Shown: piece after piece, positions 1-9,211 of the stretch
How the letters are laid out: every line of letters begins with the position of its first letter
Numbering within the stretch: position 1 is the first letter of the stretch
From: Candidatus Bathyarchaeota archaeon
Lineage (GTDB): Archaea > Thermoproteota > Bathyarchaeia > TCS64
Length of the DNA stretch: 64,000 nt
Reading direction: 5' to 3'
Assembly (NCBI GenBank): GCA_963769425.1
Contig: CAVYLP010000004.1
Span: 64,001-128,000 of the forward strand
Position numbers and translations under genes: made by a program
The notes under the pieces: generated by a model
Database searches by the model: none
Seen by the model: the letters and a program-made list of their open reading frames with translations, nothing else
What the model was told of the DNA's origin: nothing

Positions 1-231
1 GACGTCGGCGTACAGTGCAACACAGGCTCCGCCTGCGCCGCAAAGACCCTTGAACCAAGTGCCTGCCTACTCGCAACCGGCCTTAAACCGGAGGACGCCC
101 ACGGGAGCCTAGTGTTCACCCTCGGGAAAGCCAATAATAAGGAGCAGATCGACTACGTCATACAGGTGCTACCCGACATCGTCAAGCGCCTACGCGCTAT
201 GTCGAGCATAACCCCACAGGAGCTAAAGTAG
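1..231 (+). CDS. iscS: Cysteine desulfurase (IscS/NifS), C-terminal part; 5' end lies outside the window
   Basis: Frame +1 reads ...CNTGSACAAKTLEPS...GSLVFTLGK...LRAMS...TAG (229-231). It contains the GSAC catalytic motif and sits directly upstream of iscU. Confidence 0.85.
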   Translation, partial: DVGVQCNTGSACAAKTLEPSACLLATGLKPEDAHGSLVFTLGKANNKEQIDYVIQVLPDIVKRLRAMSSITPQELK

Positions 232-232
232 A

Positions 233-613
233 ATGTACAGCGACAAGGTCATGGAGCACTTCAAGAACCCCCGCAACGTCGGGGAGATACCTGACGCCGA
301 CGGAGTAGGAACCGTCGGCAACCCCGTCTGCGGCGACATGATGACCATGTACATAAAGGTCAAGAACGGCAAGATCGCAGACATTAAGTTCAAAACATAT
401 GGCTGCGGTGCTGCTATTGCAACCAGCAGCATGACCACCGAGCTCGCAATGGGTAAGACCCTCGAGGAGGCAGAAAAGATCACACGCCAGAGCGTCGCAG
501 ACGCCTTAGACGGCTTACCCCCAGTCAAGATGCACTGCAGTAACCTAGCCTCAGACGCACTCCTCGAGGCGATAAAGGACTACAAGAAGAAGCAGGAGGA
601 AAAGAAGAAATGA
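233..613 (+). CDS. iscU: Fe-S cluster scaffold IscU/NifU-like
   Basis: Motifs YSDKVMEHFKNPRNVG, NPVCGD, GCGAAIA and KMHCSNL. Confidence 0.95.
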   Translation: MYSDKVMEHFKNPRNVGEIPDADGVGTVGNPVCGDMMTMYIKVKNGKIADIKFKTYGCGAAIATSSMTTELAMGKTLEEAEKITRQSVADALDGLPPVKMHCSNLASDALLEAIKDYKKKQEEKKK

Positions 614-747
614 ATGAAAAGGTCGAGAAATGCCCGATGTGCGGCCTCCCGAAGGGGGAGGACTGCGACCTAATGGTAGGAAAAAGCGGGGAAAAGACCC
701 TCGTTTGCTGCTGCGAGAGGCTACAGAAGAAAAACGTTAAGAAGTAG
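610..747 (+). CDS. Putative 45-aa Cys-rich microprotein (CPMCG...C...CCC)
   Basis: The ATG overlaps the iscU stop (ATGA). It translates as MNEKVEKCPMCGLPKGEDCDLMVGKSGEKTLVCCCERLQKKNVKK and is below the ORF-track length cutoff. Confidence 0.55.
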   Translation: MNEKVEKCPMCGLPKGEDCDLMVGKSGEKTLVCCCERLQKKNVKK

Positions 748-788
748 CACTGCCGGGTATTGACAAGTACCCCCCCGAGGGCCCTTAT

Positions 789-1379
789 TTGGACAGATTC
801 AAGTTAGCCTCGCGCCTCTCCGCGGCCCTCAACGCGCCATTAATCACTGTCATAACGTTCGTCCCCCTGATACTCATAAGCGGGATCAGCGACGCCCCCC
901 TCCTCATCGCGATAACGAGCTTCTTCGGCTGCATCCTCCCCCTCGCCATGGTGTATGGCCTCCTCAAGCTCGATATTATCAATGACTTCTACGCCCATGA
1001 GAGGGACACCCGCTTCATCCCCTTCCTCTGGACCACGTTCTTCTACCTCCTCGGGACGATAAGCCTCATACTCGTCTCGGCGCCACCAGCCGTGACTGCA
1101 CTCATGGCCTGTTACTTTGTCAACGGTATAGTTTTAATGGTCATCACGATGAAGTGGAAGATCAGCATACACGCAAGCGGCATAACGGGCCCCTTCACGG
1201 CACTCGTCTACCTGCTCGGCGGGGTAATGCTCCCCCTCCTACTCGTTGTGATACCCGTCGCGTGGGCGAGGGTCGAGCTAAAAGCACACACGATAATGCA
1301 GGTAGCCGTCGGTGCGATACTTAGCTGCGCCCTGACGTGGCTGCAGATGAGCTTCTACCTCCACAGGCTAATCCTGTAA
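789..1379 (+). CDS. Membrane protein, PAP2-like family
   Basis: Multiple TM segments; motifs KISIHASG and ARVELKAHTxxQV. Confidence 0.7.
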   Translation: MDRFKLASRLSAALNAPLITVITFVPLILISGISDAPLLIAITSFFGCILPLAMVYGLLKLDIINDFYAHERDTRFIPFLWTTFFYLLGTISLILVSAPPAVTALMACYFVNGIVLMVITMKWKISIHASGITGPFTALVYLLGGVMLPLLLVVIPVAWARVELKAHTIMQVAVGAILSCALTWLQMSFYLHRLIL

Positions 1380-1390
1380 AGGAAAGGGGT

Positions 1391-2568
1391 CTAAACCCCG
1401 AGCACCTTATCACCCATCATCTGTCCGAAGGCGTAAGCCCGCTTCACCTCTTCCCCGTTCGGCTTGAAGACGAAGTCTATATCGCTCTCGACCATCTGGA
1501 TTCCGCTCGCCTGCATCTCGGTCTCCACCATCTTCTTCGCCCCACCGGCCCAGCCGTAGCTACCGAAAGGCTGCTCCGATCTTGTTGACTGGCTTCAGCC
1601 CACGCATGTAGGCGAGGAACCCAGCGACAGTGGGGAAGATATGGTTGTTGAGAGTCGGTGATCCGACGATGATGGCCTTCGCCTCGAGGATGTCAGCTAT
1701 GACATCGCTGTTTGCGACTCGCCCCGAGGCAGTGGAGCCTCACCTCGACCCCCTTCGAAGCTATGCCATCTGCTATCGCCCTAGCGAGCACCTGGGTGCT
1801 CCCCCACATCGTGTCATAGACTACGACTACCCTCTTCCTACTCACCCCCGCTACCCATCCCTGGTAGGCGGCTAGTATCTTCCCCGGGTCCTTCCTCCAG
1901 ACAATACCGTGGCTCGGGGCGATCATCTCCACTTGCACACCCTCGAGCGCCTTGAGAGCGCGGGAGACGCTCCTCCAGAGGGGCATCAGGATGTTGGCGT
2001 AGTAGGTGGATGCCTCCTGCATGAGCTCCGCTTCGTCGACCTCGTCGTCGAAGCGGCCGCTTGAGGCGAGGTGCTGCCCGAAGGCGTCGTTGCTGAAGAG
2101 GAGCTTCTCCTCGGGCATGTAGCTCACCATCGAGTCGGGCCAGTGAGCCATGGGGACTGGCACGAAGGTAAGGCTCCTCTTCCCCAGCTTGAGCGACGGC
2201 ATCTTCTCGATCGGTGTCACATTGATGTCCTCACCGTAGTACTTTCTGAGTGTGTTGACGCACCGCTCCGTCGCGACTATCTCTGCGTTCGGGCAAGCCT
2301 CAAGGACCCTCCTGATGCTACCCGAGTGGTCCGGCTCCGCGTGGTTCGCCACGATGTAGTTGACCTTCTTCGGGTCTATGACCTCTGAGACCCTGACGAC
2401 CTGCTCCTCGGCGAACGGGGCCTTCACGAAGTCGATGAGCGCCACCTTCTCGTCGACGACTAGGTAGGAGTTGTAGCTGCTCCCCCTGTGGGTGATGTAG
2501 CCGTGGAAGTTGCGTATGCTCCAATCCACTGCGCCGACCCAGTGGATGCCCTCCTTAATCTCCGTCAT
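1391..2568 (-). CDS. fprA: Flavodiiron protein (FprA/A-type flavoprotein), two apparent frameshifts
   Basis: Metallo-beta-lactamase motifs HAEPDH, HWPDS, SNDAFGQH and PSHG. The flavodoxin domain continues in other frames (GSPTLNN, GSYGW) after +1 indels near 1718 and 1567; stop at 1391-1393. Confidence 0.88.
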
Positions 2569-2614
2569 GAGAACAAACCTTCGAATCTCTCGAAGGAAGG
2601 AGCAAATAAAAGTG

Positions 2615-3526
2615 TTATGCGCTTGGGACTTCGACCTCGAGGAGGTCGCTCGCTACAATCGTGTCGGGGAACACCTTCAGAGCCGCCTCGAGTAGAGGAG
2701 TAATGTCGCCGTACCGGCTACTGATATGCGTCAGGATAAGGCGCATAACTCCTGCCTCCGTTGCGACTCCCGCGGCTTGGCTGAAGGTAGAGTGTCCATC
2801 CTCCTTCGCCCGTTCGATCAGATTATCTGCGAAGGTTGCCTCATGTATCAGTAGATCAGCCCCAGAGGCAAGTCTCACTATTTCCTCGCTTGGCCTCGTG
2901 TCCCCCGTGTAGACTATGACCTTTCCGCGGCGGGGTGCATCGGCCACGTCGAGTGACTTGACGATCCTTCCAGCGACCTCAACATCCTCCCCCTCCTGGA
3001 GCCGCTTCCATAGCGCACCCTCTGGAACGCTCAGCGCCTTCGCCTTCTCTGGGTGAAACCTGCCCGGCCTTGGCTTCTCCCTGATCGCGTATGCCCATTC
3101 CTCTAGTCTGTGATCACCTCTACAGACCTCAACCTTGAATGAGTTGCCCTCGTAGACCACACCGGGCTCGCCAATCTCGTGGACTTTGACGGGGAACGCT
3201 GGGCCGCCGAGTGTGTTCGAGACCCCCTGTAAGAATGCGTGGAGCCCCCTAGGGCCAAATATGTCTAGCTGCTCCTCCCTTCTCTGGAGCGTCATCGACT
3301 GCAGCAGGCCGGGGACACCGAGGACGTGGTCGCCGTGGAGGTGTGTTATGAATATCTGCTTGACTCTGCTGAAGCCGATGTGGGCGGCGACCATCTGCCG
3401 TTGGGTGCCCTCACCGCAGTCGAGGAGAACCACTCCCCTACCAATCTTGACCGCGACGCAGGACGAGCTCCTCTCGGGCGTGGGCAGGCTCCCACTTGTC
3501 CCAAGGAAGACGACCTTCAACCCCAT
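2615..3526 (-). CDS. rnz: Ribonuclease Z
   Basis: Motifs FLGTSG, DCGEGTQRQ, THLHGDH, HEATF, GHST and THISSRY. Confidence 0.95.
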   Translation of the reverse strand: MGLKVVFLGTSGSLPTPERSSSCVAVKIGRGVVLLDCGEGTQRQMVAAHIGFSRVKQIFITHLHGDHVLGVPGLLQSMTLQRREEQLDIFGPRGLHAFLQGVSNTLGGPAFPVKVHEIGEPGVVYEGNSFKVEVCRGDHRLEEWAYAIREKPRPGRFHPEKAKALSVPEGALWKRLQEGEDVEVAGRIVKSLDVADAPRRGKVIVYTGDTRPSEEIVRLASGADLLIHEATFADNLIERAKEDGHSTFSQAAGVATEAGVMRLILTHISSRYGDITPLLEAALKVFPDTIVASDLLEVEVPSA

Positions 3527-3567
3527 CAGCTCCGTGTCTCAAGAGATGCCCAGTTGTTTAAAACACC

Positions 3568-4494
3568 TCAGCGAACCGGCTGGGTCTCGAGCCAGCGTAT
3601 GGCTTCGAGGGCCGCGGCGCAGCCACTCCCGCAGCTAGTCACCACCTGGCGGTAGACTATGTCCATGAGGTCACCAGCGACGTATATGCCCGGCTTCCTA
3701 GTCTTCACACCGAACGCCCCGAAGGTTTCGAGGTTATCCCCCTCATCCATCTCCAGCTGTCCCTTGAATATCCCCGTGTTGGGGTCCCAGCCGATGGCCA
3801 GGAGTACGCCGTCGGAGTCGATAACGCTGGTAGCCCCGGTCTTGAGGTTCCGTAGCCTCACCTGTTGGACCCGCTTCTCCCCGATTATCTCTTCCATAAT
3901 GGTGCTGTAGAGGAACCTTATCTTCGGCTCACTCATCGCCTTCTCAGTAAGGCACCTGCAGGCGCGTAGCTCATCCCTCCTGTGGACGATAGTCACCTCG
4001 GTGGCGAACTTGGCCAGGTCTATGGCCTCCTGTACCGCGGAGTCGCCTCCCCCGACGACAATGGCCTTCTTGTCCTCATATAGAACCGCGTCGCACGTCG
4101 CGCAGACGAAGACGCCGCGTCCGAAGAGGCGGTCCTCGCCAGGGACACCTAGCTTCTTATGAGTCATGCCCGTAGCCACGACAATGGACTTCGCCTCGAG
4201 GAGCTTCTCCCCCACCCAGACCTTGTACGGTGTGGAGGTAAAATCGACCCGAGTAGCCTCGGCGTCGAGGAACTCCGCCCCGAATCTCTCAGCATGTGCC
4301 TTGAACCTGTCCGACAGCTCAGGTCCCGTGATCCCGTCTGGGAAGCCTGGGTAGTTGTCCACCTGATAGGTTAGAGCTATCTGGCCCCCGACCATAGGGC
4401 CGATTATGACAAGTGTCTTGAGCTTGCCACGGGCGGCGTACATCGCAGCCGTGAGACCCGAGGGGCCCGCGCCCAAGATGATGACATCGTACAA
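3568..4494 (-). CDS. trxB: Thioredoxin-disulfide reductase
   Basis: Motifs GAGPSG, CATCD, GGGDSA, HRRDELRA and AGD. Confidence 0.93.
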   Translation of the reverse strand: MYDVIILGAGPSGLTAAMYAARGKLKTLVIIGPMVGGQIALTYQVDNYPGFPDGITGPELSDRFKAHAERFGAEFLDAEATRVDFTSTPYKVWVGEKLLEAKSIVVATGMTHKKLGVPGEDRLFGRGVFVCATCDAVLYEDKKAIVVGGGDSAVQEAIDLAKFATEVTIVHRRDELRACRCLTEKAMSEPKIRFLYSTIMEEIIGEKRVQQVRLRNLKTGATSVIDSDGVLLAIGWDPNTGIFKGQLEMDEGDNLETFGAFGVKTRKPGIYVAGDLMDIVYRQVVTSCGSGCAAALEAIRWLETQPVR

Positions 4495-4506
4495 TGCGTT
4501 GTCCTC

Positions 4507-4848
4507 TCAGGCGCAGTCCTTGATGATGTTCTCGATTGTCCCGAGGAGGTTGATGGTGGTCTCAAGCCCGACGATCTCTCCCTTCTCGATACCCTTGCAG
4601 TAGATCTTGAAGGTGGGGGTCCCGATGACTCCTTTGTCTATGGCGAATCGGCGCGCTTCCCTGCTCTCCATGACGTTGAAGCGGAGAAGCCTCGCCTTGT
4701 CACCTAGTTTCTGGGGGAGCTCCTGTACTATAGGCTCGATCTTCTTGCAGGTGGGGCAGGACTGATGCCAGAACTCGATTATAACCGGCTTCTCCGATTT
4801 CATGACCTGGTCGTCCCAGTCGGCGTACTGGAGGTTATCCCCGGACAA
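4507..4848 (-). CDS. Thioredoxin
   Basis: CPTC motif, GTPTF, adjacent to trxB. Confidence 0.85.
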   Translation of the reverse strand: MSGDNLQYADWDDQVMKSEKPVIIEFWHQSCPTCKKIEPIVQELPQKLGDKARLLRFNVMESREARRFAIDKGVIGTPTFKIYCKGIEKGEIVGLETTINLLGTIENIIKDCA

Positions 4849-4900
4849 ATCGTATCACTTGGTGTGAGTCGGGAAAGGCCGGATTTAACCCGTTCCCCGG

Positions 4901-5242
4901 CTAGACCTCGGCGAAGTTGAGGGCGCCGTCGGTTATCGAGAGTTCGTAGAGCATGTTCGGGTAGGGCTTGAGGCGGAAGCTCTCAAGCTCCTCCCCCGTG
5001 AGGATCAGGGTGAGCTTCATCTGCTCATAGTCCTTACCCATACCTGGCATTACATTCTGGAAACTCTTCGTGACCTGAACTATCATCTGCCCGATCTCCT
5101 CTGGGACGTCGGGGTTGGTCATCATCATTACGGGTGGGCGCTGCCTGACCTCGACGAAGTCGATCTGGTAGCACTCCCTACCCTCCATGTCCTTCACCGA
5201 CTTGACGGATTGGACCTTGATCCTGATCCTGGAGCTGATCAT
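4901..5242 (-). CDS. Arcadin-1-like protein
   Basis: Size and pattern (...YQIDFVE...PP...KLTLILTGEELE...YELSITDG) resemble Pyrobaculum arcadin-1 as recalled. Likely start is the ATG at 5242. Confidence 0.65.
   Translation of the reverse strand: MISSRIRIKVQSVKSVKDMEGRECYQIDFVEVRQRPPVMMMTNPDVPEEIGQMIVQVTKSFQNVMPGMGKDYEQMKLTLILTGEELESFRLKPYPNMLYELSITDGALNFAEV
5230..5242. repeat. Left att-like direct repeat TGGAGCTGATCAT
   Basis: Exact match to 10137-10149; reads ATGATCAGCTCCA on the minus strand, the start of the arcadin-1-like gene. Confidence 0.7.
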
Positions 5243-5277
5243 CCCGGAATATGTCCCCCATTGTAAGATGTAAAGAT

Positions 5278-6030
5278 ATGTTTCCACAAAGTAAACCCGG
5301 ATATCGGTCGGTTCAGGTGTGGACGAGTCGCGTTAGTCGGTCGGCACCGGCTCAAGTGGCGACTCTGAGTCGCTGGATTGGTGGGCTAGCAGTTAACGGT
5401 GGTGAGTTGGCGGGGCTGAGTCCCGATGAGCTTGTCGCCTTTCAATTAGAGAGTAAAGACTACGCGATCCTTGACCTTCTCCAAGCGTGGATTCTGAACC
5501 TCGGAGGAAGGGCGGGGAGTAAGGAGCGCTGCAATAACACTATTCGGAGCATCTTTATGCATAACCGCGCGGAGCTTCCCCGGGATCGGGGCTTCTGTGT
5601 GTCGAGTGAGGAGGCGCCGGTTCGTGGCTCGCTGAGCCTTGAGGAGGTGCGCCACATCCTCGACGCCTCGAATCCGCTTAACCGCGCCGTTATTCTCTCA
5701 ATGGTGTCGGGTGGGATGGGCTTCGGAGAGGTTGAGTATTGGAATCGGACAGGGCTCGCGAGGCTTAGTCAACAGCTAAGAGATGATGTCCGCCCCATCC
5801 GAGTGGACCTCTGGGGCGTAAGAGGTATCGAAATAAGCGACCTTTCTATACTTGGCTCGGCGAGGATGCGCGGACGGCTCTCGTAGTCTACCTCGCTAAG
5901 AGGGTCGACGCGGGTCCCGAGATTTTTATCACTCAGATGAGGACGCCGCTAACCCACGACACGATGCTTACCTATTGGCTTCGAACGTTTCGGGTCCTCG
6001 GCCTTATCCCGGTGAAGGAGAAAACGCCGC
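5278..6030 (+). pseudogene. Tyrosine recombinase/integrase remnant, frameshifted and C-terminally truncated
   Basis: ...PDELV...IRSIFMHN...LSLEEVRHILDASNPLNRAVILSMVSGGMG... continues after a shift near 5812 as GRKRYRNKRPFYTWLGEDA...YWLRTFRVLGLIP. No HxxR or catalytic Tyr region follows. Confidence 0.7.
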
Positions 6031-6301
6031 GGGAGAAGGCGACGTGCCTTTCCGCGATGTTCTCCGAGTCGAGGGCGTCGGTGCACCCCGCGGCTGAGTG
6101 GTTGACGGCTTCGAGGCTCGCCCCCAAGCTCGCGATCTTGGCGTCGATCTCGTTGAGCCGCGCCGTCTCCTCGGCGGTGAAATACTCCTTGGCGCCGGCT
6201 GAGGCACCTCTTTATCGCGGCGCCAATAGGGGCGCCTTCTCGGCTTCTAGGGCGTTGATCTGGTCGACGAGCGTCTTCCGGGTTTCCTCGATCGTCATCA
6301 T
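6004..6301 (-). pseudogene. Interrupted coiled-coil-like gene remnant
   Basis: MMTIEETRKTLVDQINALEAEKAPLLAPR*RGASAGAKEYFTAEETARLNEIDAKIASL... with an in-frame TAA at 6212-6214; the 3' end is uncertain. Confidence 0.4.
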
Positions 6302-6375
6302 ATTTACTCACTTCCGTAAATTAGTAAATACCACTACGTATTTAAGACTTACGCATTTACGAAAATAGGTAAAGT
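6302..6375. promoter_or_regulatory. Divergent promoter region with clustered ATTTAC/GTAAAT motifs (putative RHH operator)
   Basis: ATTTAC at 6302 and 6355, GTAAAT at 6316 and 6324, GTAAAG at 6369, followed by TTTATA upstream of the RHH gene. Confidence 0.45.
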
Positions 6376-6385
6376 TTATATTGAT

Positions 6386-6715
6386 TTGATGTCTAATTAC
6401 TATCCGATAGAGATGAAGAAACTGACCGTGATGCTCAACGACGACACTGAAAAAAGCCTTCGCGAATATGTTACTCGCAACTATCCGACTCAACCGTTTG
6501 GAAAACTCAGCGAAGTCGCCAACCACGCAATCGCTCACTACATTAATGATCACGTTGTAACTGGACGTATCTCTCGATGGGAGCCAACCAATAAACTCGT
6601 TATTGATGTAATTGAACAGACAGAGAATAATGCAGGCATGTCTTTCTTTACAGGTGCCGTTTTCGGGAAGTATCTCGGAAAAAAAGTGCGAGTTGTAATC
6701 GAGGAACTTGATTAA
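6386..6715 (+). CDS. Ribbon-helix-helix (CopG-like) DNA-binding protein with an extra C-terminal domain
   Basis: MKKLTVMLNDDTEKSLREYV...GKLSEVANHAIAHYI strand-helix-helix pattern. Confidence 0.7.
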   Translation: MMSNYYPIEMKKLTVMLNDDTEKSLREYVTRNYPTQPFGKLSEVANHAIAHYINDHVVTGRISRWEPTNKLVIDVIEQTENNAGMSFFTGAVFGKYLGKKVRVVIEELD

Positions 6716-6915
6716 CCACCTTTGCTCACCTCCCCGCCAACCGTAACTCAGGGCGGACGACGATTCAGCAACCTTTAAACTATTGAATCGATAGGACCCA
6801 CTCGGGGAAGCGCGGAACGGCATAGCCTAGACACCTAAGCCGAACCGGCCACCCCACATTAATAAATAGACCTGAAACCTTAAGCGGGTAGTCACCTGAA
6901 AGTGAAAACCTTTTA

Positions 6916-8220
6916 TTATTTTTTACATTCATCAATTTTATATTTTGTTCTATATAATTGAGCTAAGGTTAAATCTCTTCTTCGAGCTATGTTTTCAACA
7001 TCCATAAATCGCGAAGCAATCCAATCGGATACTTTTCTTAAATTACTAGGTTTTGTTTTAACCGTCGAGTCTGTTTTATCTTCTATAACTTTTTCTGTAC
7101 CATACACTACAATATCTGATAACGCATTATAAAATTTAGCTGTTTTTGATTTAGCTATTTCTTCAATCTGACGATTATAATCCACTAGTTTAGAATTTAG
7201 ACGCTCTGAATATCTCATTGCATAAGGATCTTTCCTAATTCGATCTGTTATTTTCCGAATTGCTCTTGTAGAACTACTATCCATGAGATCTAGATAATTG
7301 CCGAGATCTATGTCGGAGGTATATTTCACTCCAAGTCCTGAAACTATTGTATCATAAAAACCCTCTTTTTCCGATATGTTAGAAAAAAGGCCGAAAGACT
7401 CTTTTGCAATAGAGCAATTTGTTTCTATTGTAGCTTGAAAGTTTCTTGCAATTATTACATCGGAAGAGAGATTAAGAGAACTTTCAGGGTACTTAAGTGT
7501 TAATATACGTTTTTTTGGAACTCCAAGTCGATATAATTCAGCAATGTAATCTACATACTCGTTTTCTTCTTCCTTTGAAATATCTAAATTAAAATCTTTA
7601 ATTTCGCCTCTTGCTTTATCAGTTAATTCTTCACATCTTTTACAAAGATTTTTAACACTTTCGCATTTATTAAATAAATAAATCAAGTTCATATATTCGG
7701 AAGATATTCTCGGCAATCCCGGTTCTAAGAAAACATTTATAAAATCAACATCATAGTCGGAATATGAAGTTTCAAAATAGGGAATAATTCTTCCTTTTTC
7801 AATAAATTTAATGAAATCATTTATTTTAATATTATTAGTGGATTCAAAAGATTCTGCGGTCATTTTTTTTCCAAATTCATAATCATTTGGTATAGGATAA
7901 ATTAAAGTATCATACAATGGGGTTAAGGAAAAAATTAAATTATTAGACTCTTCTTCAGAGAATCCACACTTTGCATTAGAAGGCGATGCATAAGAGCAAG
8001 GAACTCTTGGAATGAAAACTCGGGACGATTTTATTTTAAAACCCAAAATATCGTCTATCGTTAATTTTCCTTTTTCAGCTTTTTCCCAATTTTCTTCCAG
8101 ATAACTGGAATTTTCTTCATCAATTTTTTTAAGTTTAGACAATTTAAAGATTAAGAGTCTATATTGGTCTTCAATAATATATTTTTTTAGATGCAGAAAC
8201 AAAAAAAGGCTTGGAAACAA
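6916..8220 (-). CDS. Hypothetical protein (AT-rich cargo); true start probably further in
   Basis: 434-aa open frame in very AT-rich DNA; no family recognised. Confidence 0.75.
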   Translation of the reverse strand: MFPSLFLFLHLKKYIIEDQYRLLIFKLSKLKKIDEENSSYLEENWEKAEKGKLTIDDILGFKIKSSRVFIPRVPCSYASPSNAKCGFSEEESNNLIFSLTPLYDTLIYPIPNDYEFGKKMTAESFESTNNIKINDFIKFIEKGRIIPYFETSYSDYDVDFINVFLEPGLPRISSEYMNLIYLFNKCESVKNLCKRCEELTDKARGEIKDFNLDISKEEENEYVDYIAELYRLGVPKKRILTLKYPESSLNLSSDVIIARNFQATIETNCSIAKESFGLFSNISEKEGFYDTIVSGLGVKYTSDIDLGNYLDLMDSSSTRAIRKITDRIRKDPYAMRYSERLNSKLVDYNRQIEEIAKSKTAKFYNALSDIVVYGTEKVIEDKTDSTVKTKPSNLRKVSDWIASRFMDVENIARRRDLTLAQLYRTKYKIDECKK

Positions 8221-8260
8221 AACAAATCCCTAGATTCATAAAAATTATATTAACCAAAGT

Positions 8261-8320
8261 CTTCCGCGCGAAGCTCCACGAGGACATAGAGATTGACGCC
8301 GTCACCGTCGCTGACCTACC
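8261..8320 (+). repeat. Coding-tail repeat, copy 1 (FRAKLHEDIEIDAVTVADL)
   Basis: GC-richer spacer; core CGTCACCGTCGCTGACCTAC (8300-8319) matches 9159-9178 at 18/20. Confidence 0.6.
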
Positions 8321-8354
8321 AACAAAACGGGCGAAATGTTCAATTTAATTTTTA

Positions 8355-8957
8355 TTAGATGCAATAAGCTATAGCCCAAAACAACCTCAAAAACAATAAT
8401 GAAATTATCAGTCCCATCGAAATAGACAAAACAACAAAACTCCAATTTTTTAACCTACCATTCAGATTAAAAACTTTATTTTGAAATACATCAACTATAC
8501 CAGATTTTTTCATCGTTTGATATTCATAATGTCTTATAATTTGATAAGACCATATTAATTTCAGAGCACAATAAGAAAGCATTGATATTAAAAGGAATAA
8601 AAATACAACAAGAATTCTATATTCAGTAATAGACACCATATTATCCAGTACTGAAATATTATTTATTCCACCAACTACAGTTGAATTTTGAACAATATTT
8701 TGAGGTTTTAAAAGATTTAACACAGAAAAGATTCCTACAAAAGACGATAGAGTTAAAGTAGCCCAAATACTCTGCCTACTCAACTCAAACCGAATTCTAT
8801 CATTAAATTCTTTATAAGAAATAGGCATTTGTTGAAGAGCGTTTTGGCCAATCCATAATATATAAACGAAATAGTCTTCTACTAATAGGAATAACAAAAC
8901 GAAAATAAGTAACTCATTACTTTGAAGTGAATTAAAGATACAATTACTAGGGTTCAA
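8355..8957 (-). CDS. Hypothetical membrane protein (AT-rich cargo)
   Basis: 200-aa ORF with 3-4 hydrophobic segments; start uncertain. Confidence 0.6.
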   Translation of the reverse strand: MNPSNCIFNSLQSNELLIFVLLFLLVEDYFVYILWIGQNALQQMPISYKEFNDRIRFELSRQSIWATLTLSSFVGIFSVLNLLKPQNIVQNSTVVGGINNISVLDNMVSITEYRILVVFLFLLISMLSYCALKLIWSYQIIRHYEYQTMKKSGIVDVFQNKVFNLNGRLKNWSFVVLSISMGLIISLLFLRLFWAIAYCI

Positions 8958-9126
8958 ATTTTAAACCATTATTTGTTACCTTACTTTAAATATTTTTTGG
9001 TCAAAAACACACGCTTTCCAATTAAAAATACCTAAATAGTTCCACTAGTTGCAGTTTTCTAAAAAAAAATGTAGTTACGAGAGCCTTTCGACCGCTACCT
9101 TAACAGATTTGAAAGGTCGACCTCGA

Positions 9127-9180
9127 TCCACGAAGATCGAAGTCGAGACTGTCATCATCGTCACCGTTGCCGACCTACTG
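9127..9180 (+). repeat. Coding-tail repeat, copy 2 (...IVTVADLL)
   Basis: Core CGTCACCGTTGCCGACCTAC (9159-9178) plus upstream TCCACGA shared with copy 1. Confidence 0.6.
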
Positions 9181-9211
9181 AAAAAGGAAAAGAGAGAGGC
9201 TAAAATTCTGA

